NCBI GenBank assembly: GCA_049969675.1
Contig: JBMFOP010000045.1
Coordinates: 1-25,541, forward strand
Source: Myxococcota bacterium
Lineage (GTDB): Bacteria; Myxococcota; SpSt-1050
Length of the DNA: 25,541 bases
Reading direction: 5' to 3'
In this document: positions 16,397 through 25,541 of the stretch, piece by piece
Layout of the letters: every line of letters begins with the position of its first letter
Position numbering within the stretch: the first letter of the stretch is position 1
Made by a program: the position numbers and the translations under genes
The notes under the pieces: model-generated
What the model was told of the DNA's origin: nothing
The model's input: the letters and a program-made list of their open reading frames with translations, nothing else
The model's database searches: none

Positions 16397-19300
16397 ATGA
16401 ATTTACTATTTATTTATAATAATCTATCTGAACTCAAATCCATTGAACAGAACCTCTCCTCTCTCAATCACAAAATCTATGTTGTCAGAAACCTGCAGGA
16501 GGCTATAACCACCTTATCAAGGATAAAGATTGATATTATCTTTTGTGACCTCCTATCCGAGAGGATAGATGGGATTCAGATACTGCGGAAGATTAAGAGT
16601 TCGGGAAGCTTTTCATTGATTCCACTTGTGCTGGTCTCTTCAAGCCTTACAGATGAGGAGGATATTTCATTTTTCAGGAGGTTAGGTGCCTTGGGGATAA
16701 TTGAAAAACCACTTACCATTAAAAGTATTCAATCCATTTTGGAAAACAGACTCCCAAACCAGGAGCTCGGGTTTGAGTATAGCCAGCATAAGATGATATC
16801 TGATGAGGAATTTATTGAGGAATATACAAATATTCTAATAAGAAGGATCCAGAAGAGAGTAAAAGCGCTTGAATCCGACCAGATATTCATTCACAACCTC
16901 ATCAACAGCATACCTTCTGCAATATTTCTTATAGATAAGAATTTTCATATAGTAGATGCCAACGAAGCGGGTATGAAACATATTGGAATAAATGATAAAG
17001 ATGAGATAAAGAATAAATTCTGCTATTCCCTGTTGTATAAAAGCAATAAGGTATGCAACTTTGAAGGACATAGGTGTCCTATACTCGGTGTAATTCAGGA
17101 GAAGATTTCCACCGACCATTATCTTAAATTTGAGTTAGGTAATGATTTGAGACACTACCATATCCACTTCTCCCCTGTCTTAAATCCACAGAATAACTCT
17201 ATCCTGATGCTTGAAAATATCGTTGATAATTCCAACATTGTAGAGATTATAAATAAGAGTAAAGAGAATGAGTTCAAATTGGAGACGATACTCAATGAAT
17301 CAAGATATGGAATCCTCCTGATTGAAAAAGAGAAGATTGTAACCATAAATCAGGCGACAAGAACTCTACTGAATCTCAAAGAGGATTCTATAAATGAATT
17401 GATTAAAAGTATTGGAGAAGAGATATATCAGGAGATGGTTATCGCAACAAATCAAAATATCATCTTTAGAAAAGAGCTGATAGGTAGCGAGAATCTAAAC
17501 AATAAGATCATCACACTTGAGGCACAGAAGATTAATTCGCTTGATAGAGAATTTATCTTTATTATCCTTTACGACTATACTGAAAATTACAATCTCATTC
17601 AAAGTCTAAGAGATAAAGAATTGCTATTTAGAACCATAATAAATAATGTTCAGGATGTATTTATATTGATTAACAATAATAATATCGTAGAGATTAATAA
17701 TCAAATAGAGCGCATTACAAATAGAAGACGAGAGTCATATCTCAAACAAAACCTTTTCTCCTCTCTCAATTTTATAAATGAGTCTCATCTGTTTGATATA
17801 ACTCCCAAAGAACTTACAGTCACAACAGGTGAGAATAAAACTCTAATACTACTTTTAAGGATATATAATCTACTATTAAAAAATCAAAAACATACACTTC
17901 TACAACTAACTGATATTACAGAGGAACGGGAACGGGAAAGAATTGAAATTTCAAGAAGGGAGAAGATTCAATATTTTGATAGACTTGAGATTGCAGCGAA
18001 GATGAACAAAGGTATAGCACACAGTATCAATAACTTTTTATCAGGGATAAATAATTTTGCTGATTACCTTACAAAACCAGACATAAATACGGAAAATATC
18101 AAAGTCACTGCAAATATTATTAAGAAACTCACAAAGAATGCCTCATCCGTGATATCCAGAATATTAAAACTCCTCTCAAAAGGGGATGAGGAATTTACTC
18201 AAATAGATATCTCGTATCTGATAGATGAACTATTGGACATTATCAAATATGCGTTTCCCAGAAATATTGAGGTAAGGGCAGAGATAAATTCTACAGATAA
18301 TATGATAAGAGGTGATTTTAATGCAATACTACAATCATTAATCAATATAGTAATAAATTCAAGAGAGGCTATGCCGAACGGAGGTTCAATAACAATCAGT
18401 ACAGATAACATCCAGACAATGGATAGCTCAGGAGAAGAAAAGAGATATATCCAGATTAAAATCTCAGATACAGGTAAAGGGATCCCTGAGGAGGTGCGAG
18501 ATAAAATATTTACACCCTACTTTTCATCTAAAATAGAACCCGGCTCTGGACTTGGGCTCAGTGTAGTCTATAATACTATATTGAATCACAATGGGACGAT
18601 TAGATTCAAATCAGAGATAAACAAAGGTACAACATTCATCATAAATTTACCTGTATCTTCAGAGAAAACAGATGAACATAAACCTATTCCATCAGGCAGG
18701 AGAGAGAAGATATTGATAATATCTGAGAATAGTCTTGAGAGGGAGATTATCAAAAGACTTCTTATTAAAAATAATTACGATGCTTACACTGCTATTGATT
18801 CAATTGATGCCCTTGAGAGTCTGAAGGTCACAATGCCAGAACTTGTCATCATAGATTCAAATCTGAGCAGAATCTCAAAGGAAGAGACATATGAAAAAAT
18901 TATTGAGATTTATCCCGACATCAACATTATACTCTATACAGGGCTCGTGCTGGATGAGGGCACTATGAATCTGATAATGAAGGGATTAAAGGCTATTATA
19001 TATAAGCCACTTGATATAAGGGAGTTGTTGCAGACTCTTCAATCAGTCCTAAGAAAGGATGATGAACGGATAGTAAATACCACTCCTGATTCAAAAAAAG
19101 AGATAAAAAAGATACTCATAATTGACGATGAGGAGTTCATACTATCTGCGCTCAAGATGAACCTCTCTGATAAATACGATATTCAGATTGAGACATCAGG
19201 TGCAAAGGCATTAGACCGAATTATCAACAACGAAATTTACGACAGATATATTATTGATATCAATATGCCAGATTTGAATGGGATTGAATTTTACAAAATG

Positions 19301-19459
19301 CTCAGAGAATTAAATCCCGATATCTCAAAGAAGGTAATCTTTATTACAGGTGGTATTTCAGACGAGAAACTGAACTCTGAACTTCAAGCCATAAAAGACG
19401 ATATATCTTTGCTTGATAAACCCTTTGATATAGATGAATTGATAAGACTGTTATCTTAA
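16397..19459 (+). CDS. Cytoplasmic hybrid sensor histidine kinase: REC-PAS-PAS-PAS-HisKA-HATPase-REC-REC
   Basis: H box GIAHSINN, N box NIVINSREAM, G1 DTGKGI, F box IFTPYFSSK, G2 GSGLGLS. Three receiver-like domains, no TM segment. Confidence 0.9.
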   Translation: MNLLFIYNNLSELKSIEQNLSSLNHKIYVVRNLQEAITTLSRIKIDIIFCDLLSERIDGIQILRKIKSSGSFSLIPLVLVSSSLTDEEDISFFRRLGALGIIEKPLTIKSIQSILENRLPNQELGFEYSQHKMISDEEFIEEYTNILIRRIQKRVKALESDQIFIHNLINSIPSAIFLIDKNFHIVDANEAGMKHIGINDKDEIKNKFCYSLLYKSNKVCNFEGHRCPILGVIQEKISTDHYLKFELGNDLRHYHIHFSPVLNPQNNSILMLENIVDNSNIVEIINKSKENEFKLETILNESRYGILLIEKEKIVTINQATRTLLNLKEDSINELIKSIGEEIYQEMVIATNQNIIFRKELIGSENLNNKIITLEAQKINSLDREFIFIILYDYTENYNLIQSLRDKELLFRTIINNVQDVFILINNNNIVEINNQIERITNRRRESYLKQNLFSSLNFINESHLFDITPKELTVTTGENKTLILLLRIYNLLLKNQKHTLLQLTDITEERERERIEISRREKIQYFDRLEIAAKMNKGIAHSINNFLSGINNFADYLTKPDINTENIKVTANIIKKLTKNASSVISRILKLLSKGDEEFTQIDISYLIDELLDIIKYAFPRNIEVRAEINSTDNMIRGDFNAILQSLINIVINSREAMPNGGSITISTDNIQTMDSSGEEKRYIQIKISDTGKGIPEEVRDKIFTPYFSSKIEPGSGLGLSVVYNTILNHNGTIRFKSEINKGTTFIINLPVSSEKTDEHKPIPSGRREKILIISENSLEREIIKRLLIKNNYDAYTAIDSIDALESLKVTMPELVIIDSNLSRISKEETYEKIIEIYPDINIILYTGLVLDEGTMNLIMKGLKAIIYKPLDIRELLQTLQSVLRKDDERIVNTTPDSKKEIKKILIIDDEEFILSALKMNLSDKYDIQIETSGAKALDRIINNEIYDRYIIDINMPDLNGIEFYKMLRELNPDISKKVIFITGGISDEKLNSELQAIKDDISLLDKPFDIDELIRLLS

Positions 19460-20617
19460 AAACCAGATTAGAAGAGAAATTACAATTACTATAATCAGTC
19501 CCGAAATTATACCAAAGATTAGATATCTTTTCAGACTCCTTTCTCGCCCTGAATCGGTATATGACTTTACTTCAATAATCTCTTTCTTATCCGCTATGTC
19601 ATCAGTTGATAAAACTGTCTTTTTCTCATTTTCAACCAGCGCCGCCCTTATCGCCACGGTCATCTCATCTGATGACTGATATCTATCAGCTGGCTTTGAG
19701 GCTATTGCCTTTTCAATCACTGCATCTATTGCGGGATTTACATCATTTCTCAATTGACATATTCTCTTAAAATTCCCCTGTGGAACCTCACCGGAGAGCA
19801 TCTCATATAGAGTAATTCCAAGCGAGAAGATATCAGCCCTGCTGTCCACCCTCTTTGCATCCCTTCTCTGCTCCGGTGCCATATAATGTGCCGTCCCCAT
19901 AGCCATACCGGAGTTAGTCAATGAATAGTCATTCTGCGCACCGACGATATCTGCAAGTCCAAAATCAGCGATCCTAACATTTCCATTCTTATCAATGAGG
20001 ACATTTTCGGGTTTCAGGTCTCTATGAATTACATTCTGTTTATGAGCAAATGAAATAGCCCTTAAAATCTGTAATGTATATTTTATTGCCTCATCAAATC
20101 TGAGTCTGCCATTCTTTAACTTCTGCCTCAATGTCTCTCCATCAATATACTCCATCACAAAGTAGAATAATCCATTCTGGACACCCTTATCAATAATCGG
20201 GACTATATTTGGATGAGACAACTTTGCAAGAACCTCTGCCTCCCTGTTGAACCGTAATATAAAATCCTTCTGACTCGCATATTCACTCTTGAGTACCTTT
20301 ATAGCCACAAGCCTGTTTAATGAGAGCTGTCTCGCCTTATAGACAGAACCCATACCACCCTTGCCAATAATCCCTATGATTTCATAGCCCGTAATCTGCG
20401 GGATATCAGAGAATATCAGGGTCTCCTTCTGAATACTCTCATTTTTATCATCCACCCCCTTCCCCTCAAATTGCTGTTCTCTCCCATCAAAACTCTCAGA
20501 CCTTTTTACCTCAAAAAGAATCTTACATCTCTCACAACGTGCCTTCTGGCCTGTCACATATATTGAGACATCGTTTAGATAATCACAGATTGGGCATTTC
20601 TGTTTTGTATTACTCAT
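19451..20617 (-). CDS. Hanks-type Ser/Thr protein kinase with N-terminal zinc ribbon and C-terminal membrane anchor
   Basis: [21 protein letters not shown] and APE motifs, N-terminal CPIC...CERC, terminal TM helix. Start moved to ATG 20617 (MSNTKQK), which overlaps the coaD stop. Confidence 0.92.
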   Translation of the reverse strand: MSNTKQKCPICDYLNDVSIYVTGQKARCERCKILFEVKRSESFDGREQQFEGKGVDDKNESIQKETLIFSDIPQITGYEIIGIIGKGGMGSVYKARQLSLNRLVAIKVLKSEYASQKDFILRFNREAEVLAKLSHPNIVPIIDKGVQNGLFYFVMEYIDGETLRQKLKNGRLRFDEAIKYTLQILRAISFAHKQNVIHRDLKPENVLIDKNGNVRIADFGLADIVGAQNDYSLTNSGMAMGTAHYMAPEQRRDAKRVDSRADIFSLGITLYEMLSGEVPQGNFKRICQLRNDVNPAIDAVIEKAIASKPADRYQSSDEMTVAIRAALVENEKKTVLSTDDIADKKEIIEVKSYTDSGRERSLKRYLIFGIISGLIIVIVISLLIWFLR

Positions 20618-21098
20618 CTCTTCTAAATTTCTTGATGAGCGCCTTTTCCACATTAGGTGGCACAATCCCCTTTACACAACCGCCAAAGGTCACCACCTCT
20701 TTTACAGTCTGGGAACTGATATAAAAATGTTCCTGTCCAGTCATCATAAAGAATGTCTCTATTTCGGGGGCAAGTTTCATATTCATATGTGCCATCTGAA
20801 ATTCGTATTCAAAATCCGATACTGCCCTTAGCCCCCTTATTACGACATTTGAGCCGCTCTTTCTCACATAATCCACAAGAAGGCCGTTGAAGGAATCAAC
20901 TATTACTCTCCTATCACTTTTGAACACCTCTTTTGCGAGTCTTATCCGCTCCTCCACTGTAAAAAGGGAATTCTTTCTCGGATTGCAGGCAATTGCAAGG
21001 ATAACCTTATCAAATACCTTGAGCGCCCTCTTTAAGATATCAATATGCCCATTGGTTATAGGGTCAAATGAACCGGGATAGATGGCAGTCTTCTTCAT
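20610..21098 (-). CDS. coaD: Phosphopantetheine adenylyltransferase
   Basis: [24 protein letters not shown] and ISS motifs. Confidence 0.98.
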   Translation of the reverse strand: MKKTAIYPGSFDPITNGHIDILKRALKVFDKVILAIACNPRKNSLFTVEERIRLAKEVFKSDRRVIVDSFNGLLVDYVRKSGSNVVIRGLRAVSDFEYEFQMAHMNMKLAPEIETFFMMTGQEHFYISSQTVKEVVTFGGCVKGIVPPNVEKALIKKFRRDE

Positions 21099-21100
21099 AT

Positions 21101-21661
21101 CTACTCCTTAAAATTGAGTGGATTAAATGAATAAAAAGAGAGAACTGTATCTCCAAATCGTCTTTTCTTATTTAAGTATAATTTACCAATCGTATCGGGA
21201 TATTCAATCCTCTTACTATGTTCTATTGTCAGAATTCCATTCTCCCTGAGTATATTCTCATTAATCTTTGCAATCACTGAATTAGAAATATTTTCCCTGT
21301 ATGGTGGGTCAATAAATATAAAATCAAAAGTCTCTTTCACAAGATTAGAGATATATTCAGACGCAGAGATTGTAAAGAATACGGATCTACTTAATAGATT
21401 CATAATCCGTGCATTCTCCCTTGCAAGAGAGATAGATTCCTTAGATATATCCACAAAGACAGCTCTACCTGCACCCCTGCTCAAAAACTCAAGCCCGATC
21501 GCCCCGGTTCCACAATATAAATCAAGAACAGAAACATCAACAAAATATTGACCAATGATATTAAAATATGCCTCTCTAACTCTATCTGATGTCGGTCTGA
21601 GCCCCTCACCCTTAAAGGATTTAAGATGTCTGCCTCTATGTGTTCCAGATATAATCCTCAT
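21101..21661 (-). CDS. rsmD: 16S rRNA m2G966 methyltransferase RsmD
   Basis: [28 protein letters not shown] and DPPY motifs. Conserved rsmD-coaD order. Confidence 0.95.
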   Translation of the reverse strand: MRIISGTHRGRHLKSFKGEGLRPTSDRVREAYFNIIGQYFVDVSVLDLYCGTGAIGLEFLSRGAGRAVFVDISKESISLARENARIMNLLSRSVFFTISASEYISNLVKETFDFIFIDPPYRENISNSVIAKINENILRENGILTIEHSKRIEYPDTIGKLYLNKKRRFGDTVLSFYSFNPLNFKE

Positions 21662-21910
21662 AAAATTACCGTCTAAATTCTATATTATATTTTAATAAAA
21701 AAATCAAAGGTTATAATTAAATTTTTGTTGGGCAAACTAGAAAGATTGAATTATTATCCACCAGGTTGAGTATTACATATTTCATTTTCACCAAATATCT
21801 TCTGGCAGGAGACTGCGACAATGATAGATTTTTTATTCATCTTCATAATAATTTTTGGCTTTTTATATCTCTTCTTGCTATTTCTTCTAAAAACTAATTT
21901 CATATCCGAT

Positions 21911-22489
21911 CTATTTTATCTCAAACCAAAAAGTGCCATAAGACCTTTTTGAATCATCTATATACAGTTCTGCCCTCCATCTACCCACCAGATTCTGAGA
22001 TTGTATTGATGAACCCGCTATCGGGATACTGCTCTTTATAAAATATGTCTCTCCAATTAAAAAGACCTTTGATATGTCATACGGGGTATAATCATTATTG
22101 TACCTGACCTTAAATGGCGCTTTTTGAGGCTCATCTACAAATAGATTTATAGTCTGAAAAACAGCCTCATCAGGGGTAAAGAGTTCAATCCTTAGATGAT
22201 GAAAATCATCAATCACATTAAAACCAATGCAAAAATCAATACCTATGACATCCTCTTTATTTATCTCTTCTGAAACAGATTTACAACCGTCAATGGAGAT
22301 ATAAAAATTTACAGGGTAAAAATGAAAGTTGGAAACGGCTCTTTTGACCCTATTATAATCTACCACAGGTATCTCTCCAGTCATTTCAATATCTCTGATA
22401 TTATTAAAGTTAGAATTAAAATTTAGATTGCCAGAGGCACCAGAGAGGAAAGACATAAAAGCAATTATTACAATTATTACCCTGTTCAT
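21911..22489 (-). CDS. Exported hypothetical protein (192 aa)
   Basis: Start moved to ATG 22489 (MNRVIIVIIAF, signal peptide-like) with AGGAGG at 22496-22501. Beta-rich, ends GRWRAELYID...FEIK. Confidence 0.75.
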   Translation of the reverse strand: MNRVIIVIIAFMSFLSGASGNLNFNSNFNNIRDIEMTGEIPVVDYNRVKRAVSNFHFYPVNFYISIDGCKSVSEEINKEDVIGIDFCIGFNVIDDFHHLRIELFTPDEAVFQTINLFVDEPQKAPFKVRYNNDYTPYDISKVFLIGETYFIKSSIPIAGSSIQSQNLVGRWRAELYIDDSKRSYGTFWFEIK

Positions 22490-22499
22490 CCTGCACCTC

Positions 22500-25400
22500 C
22501 TACTTTGTAAATGGAACCCTGAAGGCAAATATCCTGCCATCAGTGGTACCAAAATATATATTTTTCAAAGATGTATCTGCTGACATATAACCTGTTGCAT
22601 ATCCTACATTTCTTGTAAACTCTGTACTCCCATTGCTCAGGTTTATCTGATATATGGTCCCGGTATTTGAGCCCACATAAACCTTATCCCAGGTAATAGA
22701 TAAGAGTGGAGGGGTGACACCAGAAATAGGTATATCATACAATGTGCCTGCACTATTTCCATTGTCAACAATCCTGATGAGATGTCCACTCACTGTAAAT
22801 ATAAAACCGTTTGAAAGAGGCAATAAATATGAGAAGTTCACACCGCTTCCAAGCCCCGGATTATATGTCCATCTAACAGATTTATCAGAGGCATTTATGG
22901 AATATACAAGACCAGCAGTCTTACTTGCAAAGTTCGCAACGGTCCTGTTATTAGACAGTGTCACACCAAAATCTATATCCCCATAATTGGCAGCATACAG
23001 AAGCGCCCCATTATTTATAATATCCAGTATCCACAACGAATTTTGATTTTGAGATGCACCGGAATAACTGGCTACATATAGCCAGTTGTTGGAATAATCA
23101 ACTGTAGGTCCCCCAACTATTATATCCACCGGATATGAGCCACTTTGATTAAATGTCCAGACTATAGAACCATTATTGGGATCTAATGCATATACCTTAT
23201 TTGAGACTCTATCAGAATTTCTTGTGCTGAAGAATGCAAGATCCGTGGAATATTTACTCTGATAGGTAGAATTTGCATACTTCCTCAATATCACAGCCGG
23301 GGGCGCGGTAATCATTTCAGTTGTGAGTTGCACAGACCATCTTACAACCCCGGTATCAGCATAGATTCCATACGCATATCCATTCTGTGCCCCGGTCAGT
23401 ATCATCTTTCTCCCATCCTCAAGAGGGACCACCACAAATCTATTATTTATGACTCCACCGAGCGAGAGTGGCCTGTAATATTCCTCTCCATTTAATGGAT
23501 TCAGTGAATTGACAGTTCCAAGATTGGAGGAGGTATATAGATTTGAGCCCGGATATACAGCCGGAGTAAATAATGATGCTATTCCAACTGAATAGACCCA
23601 TAGAGGAGATGGCTCAACACCATCTGTAGGCTGTCCCTTTATACCATTTGAGGAGGGGACATCGCCTGTTGAATATACAAAATATTCGTTGTGATTGAAG
23701 ACTTTATAGCAATAAATTGTACCATTTGCTACACCACTATCTGTATAAGTTGAGGTGGATGAGCCACCAGAATCAGAATAAATCACAGTGGCATTCCCAA
23801 GGACCTGCCCAATTGTATATTGAACCCCATCAACAGGTCTTGTATCTGGCGGTGTGCAGGTTGAAGTGGTACCGGTTGTTCTCAATATTAAAACGCCATC
23901 ATGGTATGCTGGATTATTCCATACGAGTTTTACCCGCGCATTGCCAGATACAGCAACAAGATTGTTGACATCCGGAGGGGGTAAAGAGACAACAACCGTC
24001 TCATTGTTATAGAATCTACTAACAACATTTTTAGCATCGGTGATTCTTGTCTCAAATGAATAATTGGTGGTGGAAGGTGGATTGCTGGCATCCCCAACCC
24101 TTGAGAATAACAATGTGAAATTACACTCCTCATTCTGTAAGATATAACAGGATGTATTTGCAGCAGAAAATTGATACCTCTCGGGACCTGTAAGTCTTGT
24201 ATATGTCCAGGTACAACCCTGACAGGGAACACCGCTCTGAACAGCCTTTATCCAGATAGTTGTATCGGGATTATAGACGGTAACAGTCTTTATCCCCACA
24301 GAAGATGAGTTTTTTACATTAAATGTGAGGGTCTTATTTGTAGAGTTTCTCAAAACATAGGAAGGAGATATTGAGACAGAATAGGCAGTGATATTTCCGC
24401 TCTCGCTAAATGCCTTATTGGTGGATAATCCGCCATCCGCTGTTGCAAAGCCATTGAAAGAAAATGTAGAGCCAACAGGGCCTGTAATTATATATGACCA
24501 GACAAAGGATGTACTCTGTCCGGGCAGGAGCTCACCAACAGAGGAGGGGATTGGTCCGGAGACATAACTACTACTTGCTGTCCCTGAGAAGCATAGCCCA
24601 CCCGGACCTAGAGGACAATCGGATGTAGGAACTATATTTGTAATTGTTGTGTTGCCCCAGTTTGTGACATTCATAATCACAGTGATATCATCTCCAGAGA
24701 CTATAGCAAGTGGGCTGATAGACATTGTGGCAGTAAAATTCCCGATAGATACATATGGGGATAATGCAGTAGGTGAGCTTATATTCGCACCCGAAGAGGA
24801 ATAACCGCTGAAATTTATTGTCCCACTTAATGTCGCATTGCAGGTATAGGTAAAATAGCCAGTAGAACCAGATGTGAGATTTAGTGAGGCTGGAGTTGGA
24901 GATGAGAGGGTGCAATCCGCCCCATCTGATGACAGCTTCTGAATGGTAGGGACTATGTTATTGACGGTGCCGCTCGTCTTATTTGTAACAGAATAAACCA
25001 CAGTTATATCCGAACCGATATTTACTGTCTGAGGTGAGGCATCTATGGAGGTAATTAGCGAATATCGTCTATAAAAAGGTTGATTCAAAAGGGTAGAAGT
25101 TGATTTGTTTTTACAGCCAAGTAGTCCTTTATTTGATACTGCCTTAATACTTTGAAAAGATTCATTGATATCATTTGTAGATGAAGGGGGAATTACATTT
25201 ATAGTAAATAGTAATTCTTCTCCCGGGTCAAGTGTATATGCACAATTAGAGGCTTGAAATGTAATGCTTGGGCTTGCTAACGACTGAACTACCCAGTTTG
25301 GGGCAGAACCACCTGTGATGATATAACCAGTTGGGAAATTAAACAGAATCTGGCTGATTATATCGGTAGGGGTTGTAGAGGTATTTTTGATAAGGACATC

Positions 25401-25538
25401 CAGTCTGCTCTCGGTCTGCATAATAGTATAATTATATGGCTTTATAAGGTCCGCCGTAATGGTCCCAGCAGAAGAGAAGGAGGAGATAAGAAATATGCTG
25501 AAAAATAATATCCCTAAAAAAATAAATTGTCTTTTCAT
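22500..25538 (-). CDS. Large secreted S/T-rich protein with tandem Ig-like domains, FN3-like domain and C-terminal PQQ-like beta-propeller
   Basis: Signal peptide, repeated SP-x(4)-G-x-ITV-x(3)-VTN units, FN3-like segment (VKLVWNNP...YTDSGVANGTIYCYKVF), propeller repeats (TGVVRWS, NGSIVWT, KSVRWT). The upstream RBS is outside the window. Confidence 0.8.
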   Translation of the reverse strand: MKRQFIFLGILFFSIFLISSFSSAGTITADLIKPYNYTIMQTESRLDVLIKNTSTTPTDIISQILFNFPTGYIITGGSAPNWVVQSLASPSITFQASNCAYTLDPGEELLFTINVIPPSSTNDINESFQSIKAVSNKGLLGCKNKSTSTLLNQPFYRRYSLITSIDASPQTVNIGSDITVVYSVTNKTSGTVNNIVPTIQKLSSDGADCTLSSPTPASLNLTSGSTGYFTYTCNATLSGTINFSGYSSSGANISSPTALSPYVSIGNFTATMSISPLAIVSGDDITVIMNVTNWGNTTITNIVPTSDCPLGPGGLCFSGTASSSYVSGPIPSSVGELLPGQSTSFVWSYIITGPVGSTFSFNGFATADGGLSTNKAFSESGNITAYSVSISPSYVLRNSTNKTLTFNVKNSSSVGIKTVTVYNPDTTIWIKAVQSGVPCQGCTWTYTRLTGPERYQFSAANTSCYILQNEECNFTLLFSRVGDASNPPSTTNYSFETRITDAKNVVSRFYNNETVVVSLPPPDVNNLVAVSGNARVKLVWNNPAYHDGVLILRTTGTTSTCTPPDTRPVDGVQYTIGQVLGNATVIYSDSGGSSTSTYTDSGVANGTIYCYKVFNHNEYFVYSTGDVPSSNGIKGQPTDGVEPSPLWVYSVGIASLFTPAVYPGSNLYTSSNLGTVNSLNPLNGEEYYRPLSLGGVINNRFVVVPLEDGRKMILTGAQNGYAYGIYADTGVVRWSVQLTTEMITAPPAVILRKYANSTYQSKYSTDLAFFSTRNSDRVSNKVYALDPNNGSIVWTFNQSGSYPVDIIVGGPTVDYSNNWLYVASYSGASQNQNSLWILDIINNGALLYAANYGDIDFGVTLSNNRTVANFASKTAGLVYSINASDKSVRWTYNPGLGSGVNFSYLLPLSNGFIFTVSGHLIRIVDNGNSAGTLYDIPISGVTPPLLSITWDKVYVGSNTGTIYQINLSNGSTEFTRNVGYATGYMSADTSLKNIYFGTTDGRIFAFRVPFTK

Positions 25539-25541
25539 CTT

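Noticed and set aside
20618..20665. Longer ORF-track starts for the kinase (20665), peptidase (4271) and hypothetical protein (22552)
   Set aside because: Downstream ATGs have better RBS, signal peptides or coupling, and avoid long overlaps.
15408..21834. GATAGATTTTTT shared by intergenic sites 15408-15419 and 21823-21834, both followed shortly by TTCATAAT
   Set aside because: A short, low-complexity AT-rich match that is plausible by chance.
672..24915. Numerous short antisense or nested ORFs in the track (e.g. 1128-1481, 9157-9501, 10184-10585, 14663-14959, 23930-24232)
   Set aside because: They are shadow frames of well-supported genes with no motifs.
1..25541. CRISPR array, tRNA/rRNA, integrase/transposase or phage-defence genes
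   Set aside because: No regularly spaced repeats, cloverleaf structures or corresponding protein motifs were seen.

Overview
AT-rich bacterial chromosomal window. Its Pph1-like phosphatase, exported HEAT protein and D-x-x linker ending in a GCSC tail suggest a low-GC Myxococcota/deltaproteobacterial lineage (inference). From left to right it holds: (1) a minus-strand envelope operon of a secreted M4/M36 metallopeptidase, an exported HEAT-repeat protein and a double-TM2 protein; (2) housekeeping rsmB-rpe and a BadF-type sugar kinase; (3) a lexA / catalytically dead Y-family polymerase / dnaE2 mutagenesis cassette; (4) an unannotated 46-aa ORF plus a sensor-like membrane protein, divergent from a PP2C phosphatase; (5) a TIM-barrel epimerase, a three-receiver hybrid kinase and rsmD-coaD-Zn-ribbon Ser/Thr kinase; (6) a large secreted Ig-like/FN3/beta-propeller protein with a downstream partner. 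The best candidate for a little-described system is the cassette. It has no imuA, its dead PolY ends in a RecA-N-terminus-like motif, and a perfect ATACTGCG-N6-CGCAGTAT palindrome overlaps its promoter. Also notable are a TM-less Cys C-terminal tag and a dispersed intergenic repeat. No rRNA, tRNA, CRISPR array, integrase or transposase was seen.
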